Source: Gammaproteobacteria bacterium
Lineage (GTDB): Bacteria; Pseudomonadota; Gammaproteobacteria; Eutrophobiales; Eutrophobiaceae
Direction: 5' to 3'
NCBI GenBank assembly: GCA_965238225.1
Contig: OZ250183.1
Span: 1,312,001-1,376,000 of the forward strand
DNA: 64,000 nucleotides
The notes below the pieces were generated by a model. The model did not search any database. It was not told where the DNA came from and saw nothing but the letters and a program-made list of their open reading frames with translations. Made by a program: the position numbers and the translations under genes. This document shows positions 47,636 through 58,837 of the stretch, in pieces; position 1 is the first letter of the stretch, and the number at the start of each line of letters is the position of its first letter.

Positions 47636-49891
47636 TTGAATAAATATTTCATCATATCAACTCTAATCATGTCTATATTTTTGACTCCCGTCATATCCGT
47701 CATGGCAAGTGAAGCAAAGTTAGATTGGTCGCTATGCGCAGACTCATCAAACATCCCCGCACGTCCAGTCGTTTTTCCTAAATTGACATTAGACGAAATA
47801 CACATTACGGCAGATAATGCTGATGTGAAAGCAAAAGAAACCTCTACACTAGATGGAAATGTTGAGATTATGCATAATGATCAACACATCAAATCCAACC
47901 ATGCTCAATTCAACCGAGCAGATGATGTTGCTGATTTGCAAGGTAATATTCAGTATTGGGATAAATCACTTTATCTGGAAGCTGATAAAGCACATATTGA
48001 ATTCAAAGCCGATACTGGTCAATTCGAAAATACTAAGTATGTACTCAAAGATACTCATGGGCATGGGCAAAGCGCTAATCTCGAGATGAAGAGTAATAAT
48101 GAAATTAATTTAAAAAACGCCGACTACAGTACCTGCGATCCAAAAAATAAACTCTGGTCTCTATCTGTAAAAGAAATTAATTTTGATCGCGTAAAAGAAT
48201 GGGGTAGTGCTAAAAACATCATATTTAAAATTAAAGATATGCCGATATTTTACAGCCCATACATATCATTCCCTTTAAACAAGAAAAGAAAGACCGGGTT
48301 TTTAATGCCCAGCGTGGAAAATTCAAATCGACATGGCTTTCAAACACAAACACCTTTTTATTGGAATATAGCCCCGCAAACGGACGCGACATTGACTCCC
48401 AGATTGCTCGCGGATAGCGGTGTAATGCTGATGGGCGAATTTCGTCATGTATATAAAAATGGCGACATCCAAATCCGCACTGAATATCTCCCCAGTGATA
48501 AACAATTCGACGACAAGAATAGAAACCTCCTTGGATTGAAACATCAATATAAGTTTGCAAGCAATGGTAAATTCTCATTAAACTATAACAGGGTATCTGA
48601 TAAACAATATTTTGAAGATTTTGGCGCGTCTCTTGGCATCACCAGCACACGTTTTCTACAACAACGTGGTGATATTTCATATGTTGCGAATTGGTGGGGT
48701 GCCAGTATGAGACTGGAAAATTACCAGCTTGTTACCCAAACAACCACTGTCGCTGGCAGGCCGTATAAACGTCTACCGCAAATAAATTTCAATGCACATT
48801 CCCCGAACGGTACTAACAAATTTTATTATGATTTAAATGGTGCATTTACATATTTCGATCGCGATAATGACGTAAGCTTTGTAGATAACGTACTTGGCAC
48901 AAGGCTTAATTTATTACCTTCTGTAAGCTATCCATATAGAACTGCTTCTATGTTCGTGACACCAAAAATTAGTTTGCATTTTACACAATACGATCTACAT
49001 AATACAAACACATTTGAATCAAGCCCTAGTCGCTTATTGCCCGTGGTAAGTATTGATAGTGGCATTTTTCTTGAACGTGATTTCTCTTTATTTGGAAAAA
49101 GAACATTACAAACACTCGAACCTAAACTTTTTTACCTTTATATCCCTAAAGAAAATCAGGATAATTTACCTATATTTGACACCGATACTTATGATTTCTC
49201 TTTCGATTCATTATTCAGAGAATATCGCTTTAGCGGTAATGATCGCGTTGGTGATGCTAACCAATTGACTTTGGCATTGACCTCGCACCTCATAGACCAT
49301 AATACTGGTAAAGAAAAAGCTTATTTAAATTTAGGGAAAATTTATTATTTGGATAATAGGGAAGTGATTTTACCTAATAATTTAAGAATTGATGGTGAAA
49401 GCTCGCCATTCATCGCAGCATTTGGTGTGAAATTATCTAATCACTGGGGATTCAGAAGTGAACTGCACTGGAATCCAAATTCAAACACGACTGAAAAATT
49501 GCTCGCACAAATTCAATACAAACCAACGACAACCAAGACAATCAATCTTAGCTATCGTGTTCGCGACACCTCTAATGCTGGTGACAATCTAGCAAACATT
49601 GAGCAGAGTAATCTCTCCTTTCATTGGCCGTTTAACCAGAGTTGGAGCATAGTTGGTCGATGGAATTATGCAACCGCAAAAAACAAGTCATTGGAAATTT
49701 TCGGTGGTATTGAATATGATGGTTGCTGCTTTGCTTTCAAAACAATTACTCGGCGATTTTTAACTAATATAAATGGAGACTTTGATACAGGCGTATTTTT
49801 TTACCTTGAGTTCAAAGGTCTTGCAGATACTGGGCATAAAACGATAGACTTTCTGAGGCAAAGAATTCCCGGTTATGAGGGCAATTTTTAA
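47636..49891 (+). CDS. lptD: LPS assembly protein LptD
   Basis: YSTC, R.TGFL.P, PFYWNIAP..DAT, RVSD..YF.D, QTLEP.LFYLY, F.G.DR.GDAN, EY.GCC. Confidence 0.95.
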   Translation: MNKYFIISTLIMSIFLTPVISVMASEAKLDWSLCADSSNIPARPVVFPKLTLDEIHITADNADVKAKETSTLDGNVEIMHNDQHIKSNHAQFNRADDVADLQGNIQYWDKSLYLEADKAHIEFKADTGQFENTKYVLKDTHGHGQSANLEMKSNNEINLKNADYSTCDPKNKLWSLSVKEINFDRVKEWGSAKNIIFKIKDMPIFYSPYISFPLNKKRKTGFLMPSVENSNRHGFQTQTPFYWNIAPQTDATLTPRLLADSGVMLMGEFRHVYKNGDIQIRTEYLPSDKQFDDKNRNLLGLKHQYKFASNGKFSLNYNRVSDKQYFEDFGASLGITSTRFLQQRGDISYVANWWGASMRLENYQLVTQTTTVAGRPYKRLPQINFNAHSPNGTNKFYYDLNGAFTYFDRDNDVSFVDNVLGTRLNLLPSVSYPYRTASMFVTPKISLHFTQYDLHNTNTFESSPSRLLPVVSIDSGIFLERDFSLFGKRTLQTLEPKLFYLYIPKENQDNLPIFDTDTYDFSFDSLFREYRFSGNDRVGDANQLTLALTSHLIDHNTGKEKAYLNLGKIYYLDNREVILPNNLRIDGESSPFIAAFGVKLSNHWGFRSELHWNPNSNTTEKLLAQIQYKPTTTKTINLSYRVRDTSNAGDNLANIEQSNLSFHWPFNQSWSIVGRWNYATAKNKSLEIFGGIEYDGCCFAFKTITRRFLTNINGDFDTGVFFYLEFKGLADTGHKTIDFLRQRIPGYEGNF

Positions 49892-51194
49892 AATGAAATT
49901 TCACTACATGCATCTTCTGTTTGCAGGCTTTCTCCTTGTATTGCAAACATTTAATTCACTGGCAACTATGCAGCTAGATCGTATCGTTGCAGTAATTGAA
50001 AATAACATTATTATGCAAAGCGAGCTGGATGAAAAACTCCGAACGGTGGCAAGTCAAATGCAACAACAAGGCACTGGCCTGCCTCCTCCTAAAACTTTAG
50101 AGGCTCAGGTTCTGGAGCGTATGATTATGATGAGAATCCAACTTGAGAAAGCTGAAGAAACAGGAATCCATGTCGATGATGAAACACTAAACAAAGCAAC
50201 CAACGGCATAGCATCTGAAAATAATGTCAGCCTAAACAAGTTTAGAGAAATTCTCGAAAAAGATGGATTTAGTTATGAAAAATTTCGAGAAAATATACGT
50301 AACGAAATTATCATTTCACGACTCCGCCAACGCCAAGTGGACAACCGAGTTTCTATTACCAGTAAAGAAATCGACAATGCCCTCGCCAATATGGAGTTTC
50401 AAGGATATACAGAAACAGAATACCAGTTAAACCACATACTCATACCATTACCAGAAAACCCGACTCCAAGTGAAGAAGAGGATGCTCAACTAGCAGCTGA
50501 AAAAGTGCTTGAGGCTTTAAAAACAGGACAGGATTTTACAACCACGGCAGAAACTATATCGGATAATAAGAAAACACTTGAGACTAATGATTTGGGCTGG
50601 CGTAAAAAAAATGACATTCCTACGCTTTTCAGAACTAAGGTTTCCAGCATGGAAAAAGGTGACATCAGCGATCTCATTAAAAGCGCAAGCGGCTTTCATA
50701 TTATCAAATTAACTGACACGCAAAGCAATGAAAAACATATGATTACACAGATCAGCGCCCGTCACATATTGATTAAAGCTGATGAGCTAACCACAGAAGA
50801 AATTGCCTTGGGCAAACTAGAACAATTAAAAATACGTCTTGATGGTGGTGATGATTTTTCAAAGCTGGCTCGATCACATTCGGATGATATGATAAGCGCA
50901 GCTGACGGAGGAAACCTTGGTTGGTCTAGTCCTGGGAGACTGGTACCGAAGTTTGAAGAGGTAATGAATCAACTCAAAATCGGCGAGATAAGCCAACCTT
51001 TTGAGACACAATTTGGCTGGCACATACTGCAGGTTCTAGATCGTAGAGAGCATGACAATACTGAAAATTCCAGACGAGAAAAAATAGTGGAAATGATTCG
51101 TAGAAAAAAATCAACAGAAGCCTACCAAACTTGGTTGCGGCATCTTCGTGATGAGGCCTATGTAGAATACCGACTAAACGTGAATGAGAATTAA
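49875..51194 (+). CDS. surA: Periplasmic chaperone/PPIase SurA
   Basis: LDRIVAVI, two parvulin domains (HILI, GFHI; ARHILIK, GG.LGW, FGWHI), WL..LRDEAYVE. Confidence 0.95.
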   Translation: MRAIFKMKFHYMHLLFAGFLLVLQTFNSLATMQLDRIVAVIENNIIMQSELDEKLRTVASQMQQQGTGLPPPKTLEAQVLERMIMMRIQLEKAEETGIHVDDETLNKATNGIASENNVSLNKFREILEKDGFSYEKFRENIRNEIIISRLRQRQVDNRVSITSKEIDNALANMEFQGYTETEYQLNHILIPLPENPTPSEEEDAQLAAEKVLEALKTGQDFTTTAETISDNKKTLETNDLGWRKKNDIPTLFRTKVSSMEKGDISDLIKSASGFHIIKLTDTQSNEKHMITQISARHILIKADELTTEEIALGKLEQLKIRLDGGDDFSKLARSHSDDMISAADGGNLGWSSPGRLVPKFEEVMNQLKIGEISQPFETQFGWHILQVLDRREHDNTENSRREKIVEMIRRKKSTEAYQTWLRHLRDEAYVEYRLNVNEN

Positions 51195-52221
51195 CAGCAA
51201 GCTACCACGTATTATCATCACAACAGGCGAACCTGCAGGCATTGGTCCTGACATCATAGTTCAAGTTGCCCAAGAAAATATTAACGCTGATATTGTTGTC
51301 ATAGGCGATCCGGATTTATTGCAGGATCGCGCATCTATATTAGGACTGCCTCTGTCATTAATTGAATTTAATGATACGAAAAACCAAAAACACACCACCA
51401 AAAACCTGAAAATTATTCCTGTTAAAACTAAAACTCATACTATTGCAGGGAATCTTGACACACGTAATGTTGAATACGTTCTGTATCTTCTGAAAACTGC
51501 CTGTAGAGCTTGTCTTAATCATGAATTTGACGCCATGGTTACTGCCCCAATTCAAAAATCGATCATTAATGATGCTGGTATTGTATTCAGTGGCCATACA
51601 GAATTTCTTGCAGATATTTGTCAGACCACCTCTGTCATGATGCTGGCAAATCATGCATTAAGAGTTGCACTGGTTACAACCCACCTGCCCCTGTCAAAGG
51701 TAAGCAAGACCATCACCAAAGATAAGCTAATCCAGATTTTGCAAATTATTGAAAGCGATCTTCGGAATAAATTTTCTATCAACAAGCCCCATATTCTAGT
51801 TTGCGGTTTAAACCCGCATGCGGGCGAGAATGGTCATTTAGGGTGTGAAGAAAACGATGTCATTATTCCAGCTATTAACACATTAAAAAACCAGGGCTTG
51901 GATATAATAGGCCCACAGCCGGCAGATACTGCATTCACACCGAAAATGATCGATAGCTTTGATATTATTGTCGCCATGTATCATGATCAAGGATTGCCTG
52001 TATTAAAATCTCTTGGGTTTGGTGAAGTAGTCAATGTTACTTTGGGATTGCCCATAGTCAGAACTTCTGTTGATCATGGAACTGCTCTTCAGCTTGCTGG
52101 CACAGGCAATGCCTCTCATTCAAGTTTATTAAAAGCAATTCAGTACGCTATTAATATAGCAGGCAATACATCCAATCGTTTTACTTCTAAAGATGCAACA
52201 TCACTGATGACGAATGGCTAA
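51184..52221 (+). CDS. pdxA: 4-hydroxythreonine-4-phosphate dehydrogenase
   Basis: GEPAGIGPD, FSGHTEFL, GLNPHAGE, AMYHDQGL, RTSVDHGTA. Confidence 0.96.
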   Translation: MRINSKLPRIIITTGEPAGIGPDIIVQVAQENINADIVVIGDPDLLQDRASILGLPLSLIEFNDTKNQKHTTKNLKIIPVKTKTHTIAGNLDTRNVEYVLYLLKTACRACLNHEFDAMVTAPIQKSIINDAGIVFSGHTEFLADICQTTSVMMLANHALRVALVTTHLPLSKVSKTITKDKLIQILQIIESDLRNKFSINKPHILVCGLNPHAGENGHLGCEENDVIIPAINTLKNQGLDIIGPQPADTAFTPKMIDSFDIIVAMYHDQGLPVLKSLGFGEVVNVTLGLPIVRTSVDHGTALQLAGTGNASHSSLLKAIQYAINIAGNTSNRFTSKDATSLMTNG

Positions 52222-52230
52222 CACAGATCA

Positions 52231-53016
52231 ATGGCCGAACATAAAGCAAGAAAAAGATTTGGACAGCATTTTCTCCATAACCAAAATGTTGTTCAGCATA
52301 TTATCACAGCTATAAATCCACAAAAGAATCAGACAATCATTGAAATAGGTCCTGGTAAAGGTGTGCTTACAGATCCATTGTTAGAGTATGTCGATAAAGT
52401 ACACGTCCTTGAAGTTGATAGAGATTTAGCTCAGGCTCTAGCCAAGAAATATACGGATGAACAAAAAATTGTTATTCATTGCATTGATGCATTGACTTAT
52501 AACTTTAAGGGGTTAGGCAATCAGCATCTGCGTATCATTGGCAACCTGCCCTATAATATCTCAACACCTTTGATTTTTTATCTACTGGAAAATAGCCAGT
52601 TTATTGAGGATATGGTATTCATGCTTCAAGAAGAAATCATTGATCGTATGTGCGCTGCACCTGGAAACAAAGATTATGGGCGTCTCTCTGTAATGGTACA
52701 GGCTAATTGTCATGTTGAAAAATTGTTCACTGTCAATCCGGACGCATTTTCACCGCCACCCAAAGTCATGTCAGCAATTATAAAATTACGACCCTATGAT
52801 AAATTTTTGCAGCAGATTTCGGACTATCCCTGTTTCACACATATCGTAAAACAGGCATTTTCTCAAAGAAGAAAGACATTAAAAAATTGCTTGAAAGGAA
52901 TGCTCGGTGAACAACAGATAATGAATCTGGGCATTTCCCCTAAAGCACGAGCAGAAACCCTCTTAATTGATAATTTTATCCAGCTGGCGAACACTTGCTA
53001 TGAGAAAAATCAATAG
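52231..53016 (+). CDS. rsmA: 16S rRNA m6,2A dimethyltransferase
   Basis: ARKRFGQHFL, EIGPG.G, GNLPYNISTP, AF.PPPKV.S, F.QRRKTL. Confidence 0.97.
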   Translation: MAEHKARKRFGQHFLHNQNVVQHIITAINPQKNQTIIEIGPGKGVLTDPLLEYVDKVHVLEVDRDLAQALAKKYTDEQKIVIHCIDALTYNFKGLGNQHLRIIGNLPYNISTPLIFYLLENSQFIEDMVFMLQEEIIDRMCAAPGNKDYGRLSVMVQANCHVEKLFTVNPDAFSPPPKVMSAIIKLRPYDKFLQQISDYPCFTHIVKQAFSQRRKTLKNCLKGMLGEQQIMNLGISPKARAETLLIDNFIQLANTCYEKNQ

Positions 53017-53023
53017 CTTAGGC

Positions 53024-53225
53024 TGTGGAAAACTCTGTGAATAAATTTTCTTGATTCATCTGTGTATTTCCTGAGTTTAAATTTCATATTACCGCTTCAT
53101 TGTATGATGAGGAATTATAATTATTCTTTATAATCAACAACTTATTTATTTTAATAATTCTTACGAATAGTAGCCACTATCAATAAATCACATAGTTTAT
53201 TATCATTTGGCTTGCTTGTGCATAA
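53024..53225. promoter_or_regulatory. DnaA-box cluster with IHF site (datA-like element)
   Basis: TGTGGAAAA 53024-32, TGTGAATAA 53036-44 and TGTGCATAA 53217-25 all match TGTGNAWAA; AATCAACAACTTA 53132-44 matches the IHF consensus WATCAANNNNTTR. Confidence 0.65.
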
Positions 53226-53398
53226 CAACAGTTAAGCGTATCCATTCAATTGCATTGGCATATAACATCATCTTAATCCTGCAAACGCTCAAACAGAAAG
53301 CCTGTATGTTTAAATAATCAGATATAACAATTTGGTATGGCGTTTATGCTGGTTCCAAATAATAATACGCCTTCAATTTTAAGGAATTACCTTAGGAT

Positions 53399-53935
53399 AT
53401 GAAACAAAATAACGCCTTGCATTTATTAACGCATCTCTCAGATAAACTGGAACAATTTAGTGATCTCACTGGACAGCTGATTTCATGGCTTGTTTTAACC
53501 ATGGTCTTGCTGGTGAGTTACGATGTTACCATGCGTTATTTTTTCTTGAGCGGTTCTGTCGCGCTACAGGAAATGGAATGGCACCTATTTTCCCTGATAT
53601 TCCTGCTTGGAGGCGCATACACCTTAAAACACGATGATCATGTCAGAATTGATATCTTTTATAAAAGCAAGTTCATGAATGATAAGCGCAGAGCGTGGTT
53701 TAATCTGTTTGGCAGCTTATTTCTATTACTTCCTTTTTGTATTCTAATCATTATTAATGTTTGGCCTTTCGTTTATCAATCTTATGTTCATCTAGAATAT
53801 TCTCCTGATCCAGGCGGCTTACCTTATCGCTGGATACTAAAGGCAAGTATACAATTGGGGTTTATATTCCTTTTGCTTCAAGGTGTTGCAGATATTATAA
53901 AAAATCTCAATATTATCTTCTTCAATAAATCATGA
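53399..53935 (+). CDS. TRAP transporter small permease (DctQ-like)
   Basis: SVALQEMEWHLF, HVRIDIFY, SPDPGGLPYRWILK. Confidence 0.9.
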   Translation: MKQNNALHLLTHLSDKLEQFSDLTGQLISWLVLTMVLLVSYDVTMRYFFLSGSVALQEMEWHLFSLIFLLGGAYTLKHDDHVRIDIFYKSKFMNDKRRAWFNLFGSLFLLLPFCILIIINVWPFVYQSYVHLEYSPDPGGLPYRWILKASIQLGFIFLLLQGVADIIKNLNIIFFNKS

Positions 53936-55245
53936 CGACCGCTATTGTCGCCATGTTTGCTACGCTTATAACCATGTTATTAGCAGGCTATCCAGTTGCA
54001 TTCACTCTTGGCTCTGTCGCACTTTTATTCGGCGGCATTTTTTTAGGTCTGGATTTTTTCAGTTTACTTCCTCTGCAAATCTGGGGAATAATGAATAATT
54101 TCACACTGCTGTCTGTGCCATTGTTTATTTTCATGGGTATCACGCTGGATAAATCAGGTTTGGCTACAGACTTGCTGGAAACCATGGGATTATTATTTGG
54201 CAAGATGCGAGGTGGTCTTGCAGTATCAGTAGTAGTAGTTGGTGCATTACTGGCCGCAACCACAGGTATTGTCGGCGCAACAGTTGTAACGATGGGTATT
54301 ATTGCACTACCGACTATGCTCAAACATTACTATTATCCCCCGCTTGCCTTAGGAACCATTGCTGCGTCCGGCACATTGGGTCAGATCATACCGCCTAGCA
54401 TCATACTTATCCTGCTTGGTGATGTGATGGGCGTGCCTGTAGGTCGTCTTTTTATTGGCGCTGTGATTCCAGGAACAATATTGATTACATTTTTCTTGTT
54501 ATACATTCTTTGTGTTTCCTGGATAAAACCAGATATTGCACCTGCGCTGAAAAATAATAAAAACGAATATCTACTCAAAAAAGTTATATTTACATTACTG
54601 CCACCCTTGCTATTAATTGCCAGTGTTCTCGGTTCAATCTTTATCGGTATCGCATCGCCTACTGAGTCTGCTGCAATCGGAGCTCTGGGCGCTATGATAC
54701 TTTCTATTGCTTACAAAAAATTTACTATAGACAAACTAAAATCTTCCATGCAACTTACAGTGCGCCTAACCAGCATGGTCTTTATGATTTTAATTGGTGC
54801 CATCGCATTTGGTTTAGTATTTCGTGGCATGGGAGGAGCAACGCTGGTTCGTGAAGTAATGACAAGCATTCCCGGTGGTATTTGGGGTTTTATGTTTGTC
54901 AGTATGTTTTTAATCTTCATTCTAGGTTTCTTTCTGGACTTTCTACAAATCTGTTTTATTGTCATACCAATCATTGTACCAATTGCAAATCTTCTGGACA
55001 TCAATTTACTCTGGTTGGCAATTTTAATTGGTCTCAACCTGCAAACATCCTTTCTAACACCCCCGTTTGGTTTTTCATTGTTTTACTTGAAGGCTGTTGC
55101 ACCCCCGGAAATAAAAATTCAGGATATTTATCGCGGAATAATGCCTTTCGTGATGATACAGATTTTAACTTTAATATTATTAATTCTATTTCCAAAGCTC
55201 ATCACATGGCTACCGGATTTAATGGATAGAATAAACGGACTTTAG
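53932..55245 (+). CDS. TRAP transporter large permease (DctM-like)
   Basis: GYPVAF.LG, PLFIFMG, ASGTLGQIIPPS, NLQTSFLTPPFGFSLFYLK. Confidence 0.92.
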   Translation: MTTAIVAMFATLITMLLAGYPVAFTLGSVALLFGGIFLGLDFFSLLPLQIWGIMNNFTLLSVPLFIFMGITLDKSGLATDLLETMGLLFGKMRGGLAVSVVVVGALLAATTGIVGATVVTMGIIALPTMLKHYYYPPLALGTIAASGTLGQIIPPSIILILLGDVMGVPVGRLFIGAVIPGTILITFFLLYILCVSWIKPDIAPALKNNKNEYLLKKVIFTLLPPLLLIASVLGSIFIGIASPTESAAIGALGAMILSIAYKKFTIDKLKSSMQLTVRLTSMVFMILIGAIAFGLVFRGMGGATLVREVMTSIPGGIWGFMFVSMFLIFILGFFLDFLQICFIVIPIIVPIANLLDINLLWLAILIGLNLQTSFLTPPFGFSLFYLKAVAPPEIKIQDIYRGIMPFVMIQILTLILLILFPKLITWLPDLMDRINGL

Positions 55246-55264
55246 AAAATAAACAGATAAAAAA

Positions 55265-56116
55265 CTACCTTGCAGCCACATACCTGCCTCTCAAACCTTC
55301 AATCACCTTGCTGGTGTCAGGACGAACCCCCCTCCAAATAAAAAAAGATTCCGCAGCTTGTTCAACAAGCATACCTAAACCATCAAATGTTTTACTCGCA
55401 CCGTGTGCCTTAGCCCAAGAAACAAAAATTGTATCGCTCATCGAATACATCATATCGTAGCAACACGCATTATCATTAAAAAGATTTTCAGGCAGCGATG
55501 GAACAGTACCCTGCAAGCTAGTCGATGTACCATTTATTACGATATCAAAACTACTTCCGACGAGCCCATCGAACCCGCAAGCTGAGATATCGCCACGATC
55601 AGAAAAAATATCAACAAGCTCACTGGCACGGCTAACCGTACGATTTGCAACAACAATCTTTCCTGCCTGTTCATCGAATAATGGATCTAAAATCCCTCTA
55701 ACGGCACCACCTGCCCCAAGCACTAAAATATCTTTACCTTTGATCGGTAATTTCTTATTGATTGTTAAATCACGAACTAGTCCAACACCATCTGTGTTAT
55801 CACCAACTATTTTTCCAGTATTAAGGCTAACTGTATTGACAGCCAGTGCGCGTTCAGCCCTGCTGCTTCTATTTTCCGAGATTTCCCATGCCTCGCCCTT
55901 AAATGGCACTGTGATATTCAAACCTTTGCCGCCTTGCGCTTGAAATTCTTTTATTGCCTTTTTAAATTCTCTATCATCAACCTGAATAGCTTGGTATAAA
56001 ATATTTTGCTGAGTTTGTTCTGCAAATGCAGTATGAATCTCAGGAGATTTGCTATGCGTGACAGGATTACCTATCACACAGTAGTTATTGACTGATGGAT
56101 CTATGTTTATTTTCAT
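55265..56116 (-). CDS. aroE: Shikimate dehydrogenase
   Basis: GNPV.HSKSP.IH, NITVPFK, GDNTDGVG, LGAGGA, DGLGMLVEQAA. Confidence 0.96.
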   Translation of the reverse strand: MKINIDPSVNNYCVIGNPVTHSKSPEIHTAFAEQTQQNILYQAIQVDDREFKKAIKEFQAQGGKGLNITVPFKGEAWEISENRSSRAERALAVNTVSLNTGKIVGDNTDGVGLVRDLTINKKLPIKGKDILVLGAGGAVRGILDPLFDEQAGKIVVANRTVSRASELVDIFSDRGDISACGFDGLVGSSFDIVINGTSTSLQGTVPSLPENLFNDNACCYDMMYSMSDTIFVSWAKAHGASKTFDGLGMLVEQAAESFFIWRGVRPDTSKVIEGLRGRYVAAR

Positions 56117-56153
56117 TTAACCGCGACTAATTAGAACAAATGAAATGAAAAGA

Positions 56154-57203
56154 CTAATTCTTGCCTTTGCCACCACCCATTAAACCGTTCTTGAGACAGA
56201 CAACATCCAGACCACGCTCACTTAATAAAAATGCTGCTGCTGCACTGCGTCTACCAGTATCACAATAGAGAATATATTGCTTATCTGCAGAAAGCATTCC
56301 AACCTTTAGTCGCAACATAAATAATGGAATATTGATACTTTCCTCTTTAAGTCCATCATGTTTGTACTCACTATCTAGTCGCACATCAAGCCAAACAGCG
56401 CCATCTTTTACCATCTCATCACCTTCTTTCTTGGTAACCCAAGTCAACATAGGCTCTTTCAATAATTCGTTAAAATCTTTTTTTGCCAAGCGCATCAACA
56501 CACCATCTGTTACCATCACAACATTGGCATTACGTTTGGCATCTGACAAAAGTGCCTCTTCTCCAAACGAGACACCGCTTTTGAGTGTTGCAAGCAACAA
56601 TTCAGAACCAGTTTTTGACGCTCTAGTGACTTTGCATTGTCCATTTTTAATAATGTAGTAAAAATCAGCATCATCACCTTGATTAATAATGACATCTCCT
56701 GCCTTGGTCGATATTTCCTGAATACGCATAAACATTGCCTGGATATTCCCTGGCGGCACTTGCAAAAATGCTTTTGACTGCAAGATTCTGATCATCCAAT
56801 CCTCTTCTTCTGCGTTTTCCGTCTGGATTTCATCAACCGTGATACCTGTTACCTGATCCCAAGTCATCAAGATATCCAACAGATCTCTGTCTACACGAAT
56901 AATTTTGCAAACAGATTTAGCAACACCTGTATATCTGCGTGGCTGGAAGTTAGCTAAAGGATGCTTCCCGGCTTGAGTTCCTGCAACGACAGAAATGCTT
57001 TTACCATTACTTGCGGTCATTACAGCCTCGCCTTCAAGCAAGTAGATCGTTTTATTGTCGGTATCGCCTTGCTCAAATAGCGTTTTACCTGCCACAATTT
57101 CTTCGGAAAATGTTTTGTTTGCAAGCTCCTGAAATTTTTTAGGATTTAATTCGCTAAGCGGTACAAACGATCTTAGCAGTGTCTCATCAACCAATTCGGT
57201 CAT
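56154..57203 (-). CDS. Tandem cNMP-binding domains plus C-terminal rhodanese domain
   Basis: LF.QGD..YLLEG; II.QGD...FYYII..G...FGEEAL....RNA; LDVR...EY...INIPL...YCDTGRRS. Confidence 0.82.
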   Translation of the reverse strand: MTELVDETLLRSFVPLSELNPKKFQELANKTFSEEIVAGKTLFEQGDTDNKTIYLLEGEAVMTASNGKSISVVAGTQAGKHPLANFQPRRYTGVAKSVCKIIRVDRDLLDILMTWDQVTGITVDEIQTENAEEEDWMIRILQSKAFLQVPPGNIQAMFMRIQEISTKAGDVIINQGDDADFYYIIKNGQCKVTRASKTGSELLLATLKSGVSFGEEALLSDAKRNANVVMVTDGVLMRLAKKDFNELLKEPMLTWVTKKEGDEMVKDGAVWLDVRLDSEYKHDGLKEESINIPLFMLRLKVGMLSADKQYILYCDTGRRSAAAAFLLSERGLDVVCLKNGLMGGGKGKN

Positions 57204-57284
57204 GAATTTTTATGTCCTTAGTATTCACATTTATTAAATTCTATATCAAACAATCTAGTGTATGAATTTATCATTATATTTACA

Positions 57285-57564
57285 GACTATCCTGCCATAG
57301 AAGAGATGCCATACAGGCAACAGTGAAACACTACATTAAAACGGAAAGAACATTCTTAGCCCGAACCATGCCTGCATAAAAAAGCGACAAGCCCAGAATG
57401 GTCATAAATAATACTAATTACGGTAGCCGTAATCATCCATGACGTGTGTCGCCAGCACTCAGATCATCGGCTATGGCTAAAGATGGTGCGAGTAGCCCTG
57501 TGATTAATACATGCAGGTATGCCAGTCCTCTGTGCTTTTTAAAACTACCAATTAATGATTTCAT
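57285..57564 (-). pseudogene. amtB: Ammonium transporter AmtB, 5' remnant (copy downstream of glnK)
   Basis: GGAGG RBS, signal-like N-terminus, LSAGDT, frameshift, LVLFMTILGLSLFYAGMVRAKNVLSVLM*CF; rest deleted. Confidence 0.85.
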
Positions 57565-57587
57565 CTAAAATGCCTCCCAAATTACCT

Positions 57588-57920
<333 letters not shown>

Positions 57921-58049
57921 TTAGCGGAAACGACTCATGAAATACCGCCCTGAGTATGCGATTAACACAAATTTTTAAACGCATTTGGAAAGAGTGATCC
58001 ACGAAAAGCCGGGTGCTAAAGCACACACTTTGAGAGATGAATGATTTGA

Positions 58050-58700
58050 AATGTCTCTGGAGATCGAGACCTTCTATCTCTTCATCTTCACTCACGCGAA
58101 GTCCAATCATCGCATCATTAGAATATAAAAACGCCACAATATAATAGTGAGAGACAGCCACTGATTAAAAATTTTGAACCAGGCTAAAAAACGCGCCAAT
58201 AATACCACCAACGGAATGGATACCAAATACATCCGGTAACCCATCTTACGTTTAAGCGTGCTTGCAGCCTTGAAACAGCATCCCAGCAAGTGGGCCCGAT
58301 CAGGCTGACTACAGTCACAACCCAGTGCACTGCTTTTGTCCATTAAAATCCATTAATTATTAATTACAGCCATTGCCATACCACAATCAGCAGCCAAACT
58401 TAGGCAGGGTTAGTGGTAGATTATAATACTTGGGAAACTTAAATAGGCTAACCTTGCATTGAGAAACCGTAGCAAAATCAAGTATGTCGCCATGGTATAG
58501 GCTCGTCATTTCTTGTAGTCTGACGATCATAATTATTTCATTTCAGGAATTGCAATCAGCTGGCCATACCAAAACCGCCCCAGAAGCTAATCTGACTATA
58601 TACATATAAAACCCAGTATTGTTACAAACTTCAAAAATTGCTGATAAAATTTGCGAACCAATAAAACCAAGCCCGGAATGGTCATAAATAATACTAAAGT
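58050..58700 (-). pseudogene. amtB: Second AmtB, heavily deleted remnant
   Basis: Fragments LVLFMTIPGL (5'), DVFGIHSVGGIIGA and IGLRVSEDEEIEGLDL (3') in different frames. Confidence 0.72.
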
Positions 58701-58837
58701 GATTTTGTTCAGACAATAAAAGAGTCCTGTGATTCAGTAATGCGATCTAATCCCAAATTCTAGAACCAATAATGCGAGTTATTCTGTACGATTCATCAAA
58801 ATGCTGGATTCATCACAAAAACAGTACTCTGAGAGCC

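Noticed and set aside
53017-53398. Replication origin (oriC)
   Set aside because: Only three strong boxes, no dnaA/gidA context and no visible strand-bias switch; kept as datA-like instead.
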